Of a stretch of DNA of 64,000 bases, positions 36,855 through 44,650 are shown in pieces. The translations under genes and the position numbers were made by a program. The DNA comes from Candidatus Gottesmanbacteria bacterium RIFCSPLOWO2_01_FULL_42_22 (GTDB lineage Bacteria; Patescibacteriota; Microgenomatia; 2-02-FULL-39-11). The notes under the pieces are model-generated. The model had not been told where the DNA came from and did no database searches. It was given only the letters and a program-made list of their open reading frames with translations. The DNA is taken from assembly GCA_001779315.1 (NCBI GenBank), contig MFJU01000042.1:747-64746 (forward strand), written 5' to 3'. How positions within the stretch are numbered: the first letter of the stretch is position 1; every line of letters starts with the position of its first letter.

Positions 36855-37406
36855 ATGAACCCTGAGACAGTAACCGCTATTTTAGCAGTTCTGACTGTTA
36901 TGGGATTGGCAGCTGGGGTTTTTCTGGCTGCAATTTATCTGGCAATTAAACAGTCAAGGCACTGGCAAAAAGTCCTGAAAGGGGTAAATAAAATTTTATT
37001 GAAATATTCCTTCCATCTGGCTTTGATAGTGTCCCTGACGGCAACATTAGGCAGTTTGTATTATTCGGAAATTGCAGGATATGAACCCTGCAAATTGTGC
37101 TGGTATCAGAGAATATTAATGTACCCTCAAGTATTGCTGTTGTCAGTCTCTATTCTGAGACGGGAATTTTTCATCAAATGGCATCTGACGGGTTTGTCAA
37201 TCTTGGGAGCGGTAATTGCTGCATACCATTATTACCTTCAATGGGGCGGTAATCCGTTGGTACCCTGCTCGACTGTCGGTTATTCAGTTGACTGTGCCAA
37301 GACTTTTATTTTGGAATTCGGTTTTATCTCGATACCTTTTATGGCTTTGACAGCCTTTTTATTGATTACACTTTTAATGCTGTTTTCTCCTGATCAGTCC
37401 AGCTAA
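36855..37406 (+). CDS. disulfide bond formation protein B family (DsbB/BdbC-like)
   Basis: YEPCKLCWYQRILMYP with 4 TM helices and a second Cys pair C..C. Confidence 0.6.
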   Translation: MNPETVTAILAVLTVMGLAAGVFLAAIYLAIKQSRHWQKVLKGVNKILLKYSFHLALIVSLTATLGSLYYSEIAGYEPCKLCWYQRILMYPQVLLLSVSILRREFFIKWHLTGLSILGAVIAAYHYYLQWGGNPLVPCSTVGYSVDCAKTFILEFGFISIPFMALTAFLLITLLMLFSPDQSS

Positions 37407-37435
37407 AATATTTCCTGCCAGTTGACAAAGTACGG

Positions 37436-37993
37436 TTATTGGGGATTTTCGGCCGCAGGTGTTGTTGCCGGTTGAGAAGAAGATGATTGAGAAACAGGCT
37501 GCTGATAGGGTGGTTGAACTACGGGAACTGAAGGTGTTGCTGCAGCAACCGGGATAGAGGCCGGGGCTGGAACTGCTGTTTCTGCCGACGGTACTGCAGG
37601 TTGGTTTTGCATTTCTTTCATTTGCTGAAAAAAAGCATCCACTTCCCTGACTATATCCAGAGGCGTGAATTGGGCTTTAATGAGATAGCCGTCCGCGCCT
37701 ATTTTAAAGGCTTCTTTGATAATATCTTCCTGGCCTAAATTGGTTATCAGAATAATCGGTGTATCTTTGGTAGGCGAAGTCGGAGCTCTCATCGCCCTTA
37801 AAACATCAATGCCGGTAACTTTGGGCAGCATAATATCCAGAAGAATAAGATCATAAATATGGCTGCCCAGTTTAACCAGGGCTTCCTGCCCGTCTGAAGC
37901 GGTTTCCACAGTATAATTGCCGGTTTTAATAAAAGTGGTGCGGTAGATTTCCTGGATATGGAAATCGTCTTCAACTAAAAGTATTGTTTTCAT
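37436..37993 (-). CDS. response regulator (receiver domain plus Pro/Ala/Gln-rich tail)
   Basis: ILLVEDD...DLILLDIMLPK..G; no DNA-binding domain. Confidence 0.7.
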   Translation of the reverse strand: MKTILLVEDDFHIQEIYRTTFIKTGNYTVETASDGQEALVKLGSHIYDLILLDIMLPKVTGIDVLRAMRAPTSPTKDTPIILITNLGQEDIIKEAFKIGADGYLIKAQFTPLDIVREVDAFFQQMKEMQNQPAVPSAETAVPAPASIPVAAATPSVPVVQPPYQQPVSQSSSSQPATTPAAENPQ

Positions 37994-38000
37994 ATTAATC

Positions 38001-39524
38001 TTAATTTGAACTGAACCTGCCGGCCATCCTCTGGGATAATCTCTCCGGATTAATCATAATCCCTTTTCCTGTTTTAGTTAATCCTCCAAATTGAGCCGCG
38101 CTTTGCGCCGTCTGGGCACTCGTGGCTACAGGCAGGGTAAAACTGAATGTTGATCCTTTGCCTACCTCGCTTTCAACGTTGATTTCTCCGCCGTGCATGG
38201 CAATGATGGATTTGGATATAAACAGACCTAAACCGGTTCCTTTTGATCCCTGTTCCAGAACGCTGGAAACACGGAAGAACTTGGTAAAGAGCTTCGATAA
38301 AGCTTCCTTGGGGATACCGATGCCGGTATCCTGTACAGAAACTGAGACTAAAGAACCTTGGGGGGTTACTGACACTTTTATTGATTCTCCGACCGGAGTA
38401 TAGGTTATGGCATTGGTTATCAGATTGGAAATAACCTGGTTAATGCGTGATGAATCAGCCATAACCATAGGTATTTTTTCAGCAGATTCGACAAAAGATA
38501 AATTTTGCCCTTTACTGTTTGCCTGATCAAGCAAATCAGTAACCGCATTTTTAACCAATGAAACCAAATCTAAAGATTGAGGTTCAATTTTATAAGAACC
38601 CCGCTCAATTCTGGAGACGTTAAGGAGATTATCAATTAAAGTTCCTAAATTGGCGGCATTAAATTCCAGGCGATGGAGGTGCTCCTGATGCTCCGGGGAT
38701 AATTTATCACCAAGCTCGGAATTTAACAATTCCGCGTATCCTCTAATAACCGTCAGCGGAGTTCTCAACTCATGGGCAGCCATGGAGACGAAATCCAATT
38801 TCATTTCTTCGAGAGCTTTTTGGTTGGTTTCATCGTAGAAAGTTAAAATAAAACCGTGATTTTCTTCATCGGTGAAGACAACGGACGTTACCGAGACGGC
38901 GATATGAAAAATTTTACCGTCCTGTGATCTTATCTGGAGGCCTCTTTCGCGGTGAATGGTAGCCAGTTCATCGGGTTTGGCGAGATAGTTGGATATAATA
39001 ATTTTTTCATCCCCGCCGTAAATATGGAGGATTTCGTCGATATGTTTGCCGACTACCATTTGGGCGGTAAAACCGGTAAATTTTTCGGAGGTCTTATTGA
39101 AAATAAGCACTTTACCGCCCTGGTCCAAGGCGATAACCGCCTCGGATAAAGCCTGCAGAAGAGTTTCCATTTTTTTCTCCTGTTTATTGAAATTTCCTTC
39201 CCTCTGCTGGATTTGTTCCGTGATCAGGGAAAAAGTATTTGTCAGATGTTCCAAATCATGGTCAGCCACACCGATGCCGGAATTAAACTGGTCTTTTTCC
39301 AGTTTTTCCAGGATGGCAGCCATTTTTTTGGCCCCTTGGGTGTAAAAGTAGGATATCAAATAAGTTGAAATCAGAATAAAAAGGCTTCCCACACCCCCGA
39401 CCAACAAGATAGTCGTGTCGGCACCGGCCGAAAGATATATTATCAGGGAAATTATGCCTAACAGAATAACCAGAATTAAGGATAAAAGAAAACTTTTGGC
39501 ACGGATAGCTAATTTCATAAACAA
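38001..39524 (-). CDS. sensor histidine kinase (TM, PAS, HisKA, HATPase)
   Basis: H-box HELRTPLTVIRGY; G-boxes; overlaps/abuts the response regulator gene. Confidence 0.8.
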   Translation of the reverse strand: MFMKLAIRAKSFLLSLILVILLGIISLIIYLSAGADTTILLVGGVGSLFILISTYLISYFYTQGAKKMAAILEKLEKDQFNSGIGVADHDLEHLTNTFSLITEQIQQREGNFNKQEKKMETLLQALSEAVIALDQGGKVLIFNKTSEKFTGFTAQMVVGKHIDEILHIYGGDEKIIISNYLAKPDELATIHRERGLQIRSQDGKIFHIAVSVTSVVFTDEENHGFILTFYDETNQKALEEMKLDFVSMAAHELRTPLTVIRGYAELLNSELGDKLSPEHQEHLHRLEFNAANLGTLIDNLLNVSRIERGSYKIEPQSLDLVSLVKNAVTDLLDQANSKGQNLSFVESAEKIPMVMADSSRINQVISNLITNAITYTPVGESIKVSVTPQGSLVSVSVQDTGIGIPKEALSKLFTKFFRVSSVLEQGSKGTGLGLFISKSIIAMHGGEINVESEVGKGSTFSFTLPVATSAQTAQSAAQFGGLTKTGKGIMINPERLSQRMAGRFSSN

Positions 39525-39612
39525 TCCCCCCGGAATATAGACGGTTCATAAATTAGCATAAGTCAAAACAGCATAATTTGTAAACATCCAATCCATCTGC
39601 TATCTTCTTCTT

Positions 39613-40092
39613 ATGAAGAAATTAAGGATAGGCTGGTTTTCCTTTTCCTGCTGTGAAGATTCGACCATTATTTTTACTGAACTTTTAAATGAGCATTTTG
39701 CCCAATGGCGCAAGCTCCTCGATATTAGAGCCATGCTGGTTTTACAGAAAAAAGAAGATATGACTTCACTGGATGTCGCCTTTGTCGAAGGGGCGGTAAC
39801 CTCCCGTGACCAGTCGGATAAATTGAAATTGATCAGAAACAGAGCCAAAAAACTGGTAGCCATCGGATCATGCGCCTGTATCGGCATGCCCTCAGCTCAG
39901 AGAAACCTTTTTAATGCGGAAACTAAAGCCGAGATTGAGGCTATATTGACCCGCTTTAAGTATTCGGAAAAAGTGCTGAAATTATCGGAAGTTGTCCCAA
40001 TCGATGACCAGGTGCCCGGCTGTCCCATGAATGAGAAAATTTTTCTGAATATTCTGGATAAATATTTAAAGGAATTTAAAATAGATGCATAA
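39613..40092 (+). CDS. [NiFe]-hydrogenase small subunit-like (NuoB-fold, proximal-cluster-only)
   Basis: SCCEDS, GSCACIG and PGCP cysteine motifs like NuoB/hydrogenase small subunits; 159 aa. Confidence 0.55.
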   Translation: MKKLRIGWFSFSCCEDSTIIFTELLNEHFAQWRKLLDIRAMLVLQKKEDMTSLDVAFVEGAVTSRDQSDKLKLIRNRAKKLVAIGSCACIGMPSAQRNLFNAETKAEIEAILTRFKYSEKVLKLSEVVPIDDQVPGCPMNEKIFLNILDKYLKEFKIDA

Positions 40093-41374
40093 TCTTGATT
40101 TGTCACTCTCCGATATCTCAAAGATTGAAGGCAAAGCCAGTTGTGATATCAAAATCCGCCATGGCAAAGTCGAGGACGTAAAATTTTCAATTAGCGAATT
40201 TAAACGTTTTTATACCCGGGCCATCAAAGGGAAGGACATAGTAGCGCTTCCCCAGCTGACCTGCCGGATCTGCGGTACCTGCTCCAATGCCCATTTGCTG
40301 TGTGCAATCAAAGCCTGCGAAAAAATTTTAGATATTCATGTTTCCGAGCAAACTGTGAAACTGCGGCGGCTTCTCAATTTCGGGCTTTTAATAAGAGACC
40401 ACGCTTTGCATTTATATATTTTTGTCATGCCGGATTTTTTCGGCCATGATTCGATTTTGGAATTTAAGGAAGATGACAGCCTGGAGCATAAATTTCTGCA
40501 CGATGCTTTCCAGGTAAAGGCGGTCGGCAATCATCTGAGCATTGCCGTTGGCGGCAGAAGTGTACACGCGCCTTATGCGGTGGTTGGCGGTTTCACCAGG
40601 TTACCAAACGGGGAAGAATTGAAAAAATGCAGCGATGAGCTGTCGGGTTTGAGAAACACGGTCATTGATCTGATCAAACTTTTTAAAGAAAAAGATAAAA
40701 CTTTAATTAGGCCCGATCTTCAATTTGCCGCGCTTTTGGATAGCGAATATTCATTTTTAGACGGAGAGATTTACCACTCAAAGGGCCGGGAAAGGGCTGG
40801 AAAATACGGGGATAATCTGGAATATGTTTCCATTCCTTATTCCCACGCTTCCGGCTTCAGGTTTAAAGGAAAAACCTATATGACAGGTGCTTTGGCCCGG
40901 CTGAATTTAGGCAAAGACAAGCTCCACCCCAAAACCCGCCAAAGCCTGAATTCAATTTTGGACCTCTTTCCCTCAAATAATATCTACCATAATAATTTGG
41001 CCCAAGCCATAGAGATTCTTCATTGTCTTGATTCGGCGGCTGATATTATTAAAAATTTTGTTATCAAAGAGGAGAAACCGCTACCCATAAACAGAAAGGC
41101 CGGGACAGGCGCGGGCGTCATCGAAGCACCGCGGGGTATTCTTTATTACCGTTTGTCAGTTGATGGTGGGGGAAAGGTTATAAAGGGTGAAATTGTCGTA
41201 CCAACCGGCCAAAATCAGATAGGCATAGAAGAATCAATCAGGCTTTACCTGGAAAACAATTTAACGAAATTTAAAGAAAAAGAAGATTTGGAAAAAGAAA
41301 TTGAATCAATTGTCCGCGCTTACGACCCCTGCATGAGCTGCGCTTCGCACTTTCTCAAAACCCGCTACAGCTGA
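40085..41374 (+). CDS. [NiFe]-hydrogenase large subunit
   Basis: N-terminal RICGTCSNAH (RxCGxCxxxH) and C-terminal DPCMSCASH (DPCxxCxxH) Ni-Fe ligating motifs. Confidence 0.75.
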   Translation: MHNLDLSLSDISKIEGKASCDIKIRHGKVEDVKFSISEFKRFYTRAIKGKDIVALPQLTCRICGTCSNAHLLCAIKACEKILDIHVSEQTVKLRRLLNFGLLIRDHALHLYIFVMPDFFGHDSILEFKEDDSLEHKFLHDAFQVKAVGNHLSIAVGGRSVHAPYAVVGGFTRLPNGEELKKCSDELSGLRNTVIDLIKLFKEKDKTLIRPDLQFAALLDSEYSFLDGEIYHSKGRERAGKYGDNLEYVSIPYSHASGFRFKGKTYMTGALARLNLGKDKLHPKTRQSLNSILDLFPSNNIYHNNLAQAIEILHCLDSAADIIKNFVIKEEKPLPINRKAGTGAGVIEAPRGILYYRLSVDGGGKVIKGEIVVPTGQNQIGIEESIRLYLENNLTKFKEKEDLEKEIESIVRAYDPCMSCASHFLKTRYS

Positions 41375-41742
41375 TTTTCCAGAATTTTACATATATAGGC
41401 CACCGCTTTTTTTTTAGATGTACGGACCGGCACTCCGATGATGAGAAAATCGTCCAGCTGTTTTAATTTTTTCCTCAAAGATAAATCCAGATAAAGGTCA
41501 TAATCATGAACAGATATTAAGGGAGAGGCGGCAAAAGCAGACAGAGAGTTAAAAACCGTGATTTTTTTAATCCCGAGAACCGTATCGATAAAAATCAATT
41601 TGCCTTTTGGGGAATTAAGTTCTTCCGCCGGATCGTATTTTTGAAAATTTAAATCAGGTAGTTTTTTCTTTAAAAGAGGCATGATTTCAGACGGAAGAGA
41701 GTCTTTTTTATCGGCCTCATTTCCCAGACAGAAGATAATCAT
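41365..41742 (-). CDS. putative hydrogenase maturation protease (HycI/HoxW-like)
   Basis: 125 aa; N-terminal IIFCLGNE and internal LIFIDTV resemble the endopeptidase family; context next to the large subunit. Confidence 0.4.
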   Translation of the reverse strand: MIIFCLGNEADKKDSLPSEIMPLLKKKLPDLNFQKYDPAEELNSPKGKLIFIDTVLGIKKITVFNSLSAFAASPLISVHDYDLYLDLSLRKKLKQLDDFLIIGVPVRTSKKKAVAYICKILENQL

Positions 41743-42494
41743 GTGTTTATCACATTCAAGGAATAGCGGGTATAATATTTCAGATCATTCAATTGCCTGA
41801 GTGAAAGTTTTTGGCAAAAATATCCCCAGTGGCAGGAAATATAATCTCCCTTTTTTAGATTATTCCTGAGAATGTCATCTTTGCCCTGGAAGATTACGGA
41901 TCTGATTATTTTTTTCTTGAAGCACATCTTTCCCTTACAAAATTCCAGTTTTTGGGATTCGATTTTAATCGATTGATTTCCGTCAAAACCCAGTATTTTC
42001 CCCCAATTAATTAGACAGGCATCCATTGTTTCCAGAGTGTGGGGAATATCAAGATGGCCGGTCCTGCGCCAGACAGCTAAGACGTGGAAGGAATGGTGGG
42101 GTAGGGGAATTTGCGGAAAAAAATTAAAAATACGTTTCAGCTGCCGAGGTTTCATTTTTTTCAGCATAAGCTTATCTTTTAAAAGATCAGCGAAATTGCG
42201 GGTTTTGACTTTTTCCAATAAGGCATTACCCAGCCAGTAGGCTTCAATAACCTGCCGGTCAAGCGGATTGCGGATATTGTTTTGATAGGCAATCAGGCAA
42301 AGATAAGGATAAAGGGTGGAAAAATTCTGCAGAATTTCCCCTGTACCTTTGTCAATGAGGGCAGTGGCAGAGTAATATGACAGCTCTTCATGTCTATCAG
42401 GCCCGCACAAAGAAAGGGAGTTCGGCGGATAAGCATAACGGCTGCAAAGAAAGACCCCGTCAGCGGTTAAGACTCGGTTGGTGGCGGAAAACAT
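41739..42494 (-). CDS. hypothetical protein
   Basis: 251-aa ORF, Cys-containing C-terminus; no family recognised. Confidence 0.3.
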   Translation of the reverse strand: MFSATNRVLTADGVFLCSRYAYPPNSLSLCGPDRHEELSYYSATALIDKGTGEILQNFSTLYPYLCLIAYQNNIRNPLDRQVIEAYWLGNALLEKVKTRNFADLLKDKLMLKKMKPRQLKRIFNFFPQIPLPHHSFHVLAVWRRTGHLDIPHTLETMDACLINWGKILGFDGNQSIKIESQKLEFCKGKMCFKKKIIRSVIFQGKDDILRNNLKKGDYISCHWGYFCQKLSLRQLNDLKYYTRYSLNVINT

Positions 42495-43341
42495 AGACCA
42501 AAAAAATACCGGAGAGTGAAAACAGCAGATTGTATATTTGGACCGTAGGGATAATTGATCCCGACCAAACCGTTTGAAGTAAATTGGTTACCGGTGTAGC
42601 CAAAATAAGGATGGCCGTTACCTGTATTGCCGGAGCGTATTTTAGCGCTGAAAAAAGAGAAAAGACATAGAGTGACAGCAGAATAATCGAGGGAAAAAGC
42701 GCTATTAAGACCGCCGGATCCAGGGAAAAAAGCAGTGCTAATTTTGTTTGCCAGGCGGCTATCCCAATCAGAAGAAGAGTGCCCATAAACATCCGGCTCC
42801 AGGCAACAGTCAGGCTGCCGGTTTTTTTCAATACTTTTTTGGCGATGATATACTCGCCTGACCAAAAAAGGGTAGCCAGAAGAATCAGTGCTTCGCCGCG
42901 GTTAAAATCGAATCCGGCAAAACCCAAAATGAAATTGGAAAGAGCGATCAGGACAAATCCGGCAACCTGGTAAAATCCGACTTTTTCTTTCAGAATGGGC
43001 ATGGCCATGAGGGTCACCCAAATAAACAGCGATTTATGGATTAAATTAGCATTGACGGCAGAGGCAGACTGTAAACCGCTAAAGTAAAGAATAAACGGCA
43101 GGCTGCCTCCAATGACTGCCAAAACCAATAGTTCTTTCCAGGATTTTTTAAAATCCGCCAAAGTCCGCGCCAGACCGCCGCCTTTAAAAATAAAGAGCGA
43201 TAAAATCATTGCTGTCCCTGCGTTTTTAACAATGTTGAGAATTAACGGATCAATACCCTTTATCAAAAGCTGTTTGTTGTAGAAAATGGAAACACCGGAG
43301 ATAAATGCAGTCAGAATAGCCAATTTTATGCCTTTGTTCAT
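42460..43341 (-). CDS. EamA/DMT-family transporter
   Basis: 10 predicted TM helices in two repeats. Confidence 0.55.
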   Translation of the reverse strand: MNKGIKLAILTAFISGVSIFYNKQLLIKGIDPLILNIVKNAGTAMILSLFIFKGGGLARTLADFKKSWKELLVLAVIGGSLPFILYFSGLQSASAVNANLIHKSLFIWVTLMAMPILKEKVGFYQVAGFVLIALSNFILGFAGFDFNRGEALILLATLFWSGEYIIAKKVLKKTGSLTVAWSRMFMGTLLLIGIAAWQTKLALLFSLDPAVLIALFPSIILLSLYVFSLFSALKYAPAIQVTAILILATPVTNLLQTVWSGSIIPTVQIYNLLFSLSGIFLVYVFRHQPSLNR

Positions 43342-43344
43342 ATT

Positions 43345-43545
43345 TTATGAAAGAGATTTTATTAATAAGCGGACTTTCAAGCCTTCCTGCCTGTTTAGCC
43401 TGGCGACCGCCGCGTCACCAATCACTTGAAGATATTCCCCTTTTTTTACGGATATATCACCGGTCAGGACAACCGTCTTTCCCCCTTCGATGACGGCCTT
43501 TTTGCCGGCTACTTTCAATACTTTAACGGGAATGGTAAAACACAT
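43345..43545 (-). CDS. hypC: hydrogenase assembly chaperone HypC/HupF
   Basis: MCFTIPVKV N-terminus (MC[LI]xxP motif); 66 aa. Confidence 0.65.
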   Translation of the reverse strand: MCFTIPVKVLKVAGKKAVIEGGKTVVLTGDISVKKGEYLQVIGDAAVARLNRQEGLKVRLLIKSLS

Positions 43546-43596
43546 ATTTGAATTGCAGTACTCCTAAATATATAATATCTCAATCTATAAATAAAT

Positions 43597-44028
43597 ATGG
43601 CACGTACAGCAAAAACAGTAGTTTATAACCGGATTGTCTTTGTATTCTCCCTGATAGGGTTAGTTATCGCCGCTTATGTCACGCAAAGTTTTTTGCGGCA
43701 AACCTCGATTGTCTGTCTGAATTCCGGCTGCGAGATTGTCCGCAAAAGCCCCATGAGTTACCCATTGGGTATTCCGGTTCCGGCAGTGGGTTTGGCCGGT
43801 TATGCTTTTCTGTCTGTTCTGGCTTTTTTAAGAACAACGTCATCTAAACGAAATTTAATTCCGCTGATTTTGGGCATGTCGGCCTTTGGCGTGGTTTTTG
43901 TCAGTTGGTTTACTTATACGGAACTCTTTGTGATAAAAGCTATCTGTACCTGGTGTGCTGTTTCAGCCGTCAATATGCTGGTAATCTTTACAATTTCATT
44001 ATTAATGTACAAGGAGGCTAAAAAATGA
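43597..44028 (+). CDS. vitamin K epoxide reductase (VKOR) family protein
   Basis: CxxC (CLNSGC) and CTWC active-site pairs in a 4-TM scaffold. Confidence 0.65.
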   Translation: MARTAKTVVYNRIVFVFSLIGLVIAAYVTQSFLRQTSIVCLNSGCEIVRKSPMSYPLGIPVPAVGLAGYAFLSVLAFLRTTSSKRNLIPLILGMSAFGVVFVSWFTYTELFVIKAICTWCAVSAVNMLVIFTISLLMYKEAKK

Positions 44029-44648
44029 ACTTAACAGGGGAAAGCAAATTTTTTATCGGAATTATTCTTGCGACAGTTGCCATAATTATCGGCGGCGTCT
44101 TTTTCATGTCCAAACCGGAAAAGCTTTTGGAAAAAAGCGAGTTAATCCCTGCCGGCAGCCAAATTAAAGGAAATTCAGAAGCCTCAGATTATCTGGTCGA
44201 GTTTTCAGATTTCCAGTGTCCGGCCTGCGGTGCTTTTTATCCCCAGGTAAAATCTTTAGTTAATGCCAATAAGGATAAATTATCCTTAAGTTACCGGCAT
44301 TTCCCTCTTGATCAGCACAAAATGGCCGTCCCTGCCGCCCTGGCAGCCGAAGCGGCCGCCGAACAGGGCAAGTTTTGGGAAATGCATGACTATATTTTCG
44401 AAAACCAGGCCGGACTTTCCGAGGAAATGCTTCTTTCAGCCGGCGAAAAACTGGGCCTGGACAAAGCCAAATACGAGGAGGCTTACAAAAATAAAAAGTA
44501 TCAGGAAAAAGTTTCCAAGGACCTGGCCGACGGTAAGCGTTTCAGCGTCAATGCCACCCCGACCTTTTTCCTGAACGGCAAAAAACTGAATCCGGTCAAC
44601 TTTGACGACCTCAAACGCTCTGTCGAAGAGGAATTGAAGAAGAATTAA
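44025..44648 (+). CDS. DsbA-like thioredoxin-fold oxidoreductase
   Basis: FSDFQCPACGAFYP CxxC motif; N-terminal TM; translationally coupled to VKOR. Confidence 0.65.
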   Translation: MNLTGESKFFIGIILATVAIIIGGVFFMSKPEKLLEKSELIPAGSQIKGNSEASDYLVEFSDFQCPACGAFYPQVKSLVNANKDKLSLSYRHFPLDQHKMAVPAALAAEAAAEQGKFWEMHDYIFENQAGLSEEMLLSAGEKLGLDKAKYEEAYKNKKYQEKVSKDLADGKRFSVNATPTFFLNGKKLNPVNFDDLKRSVEEELKKN

Positions 44649-44650
44649 CT

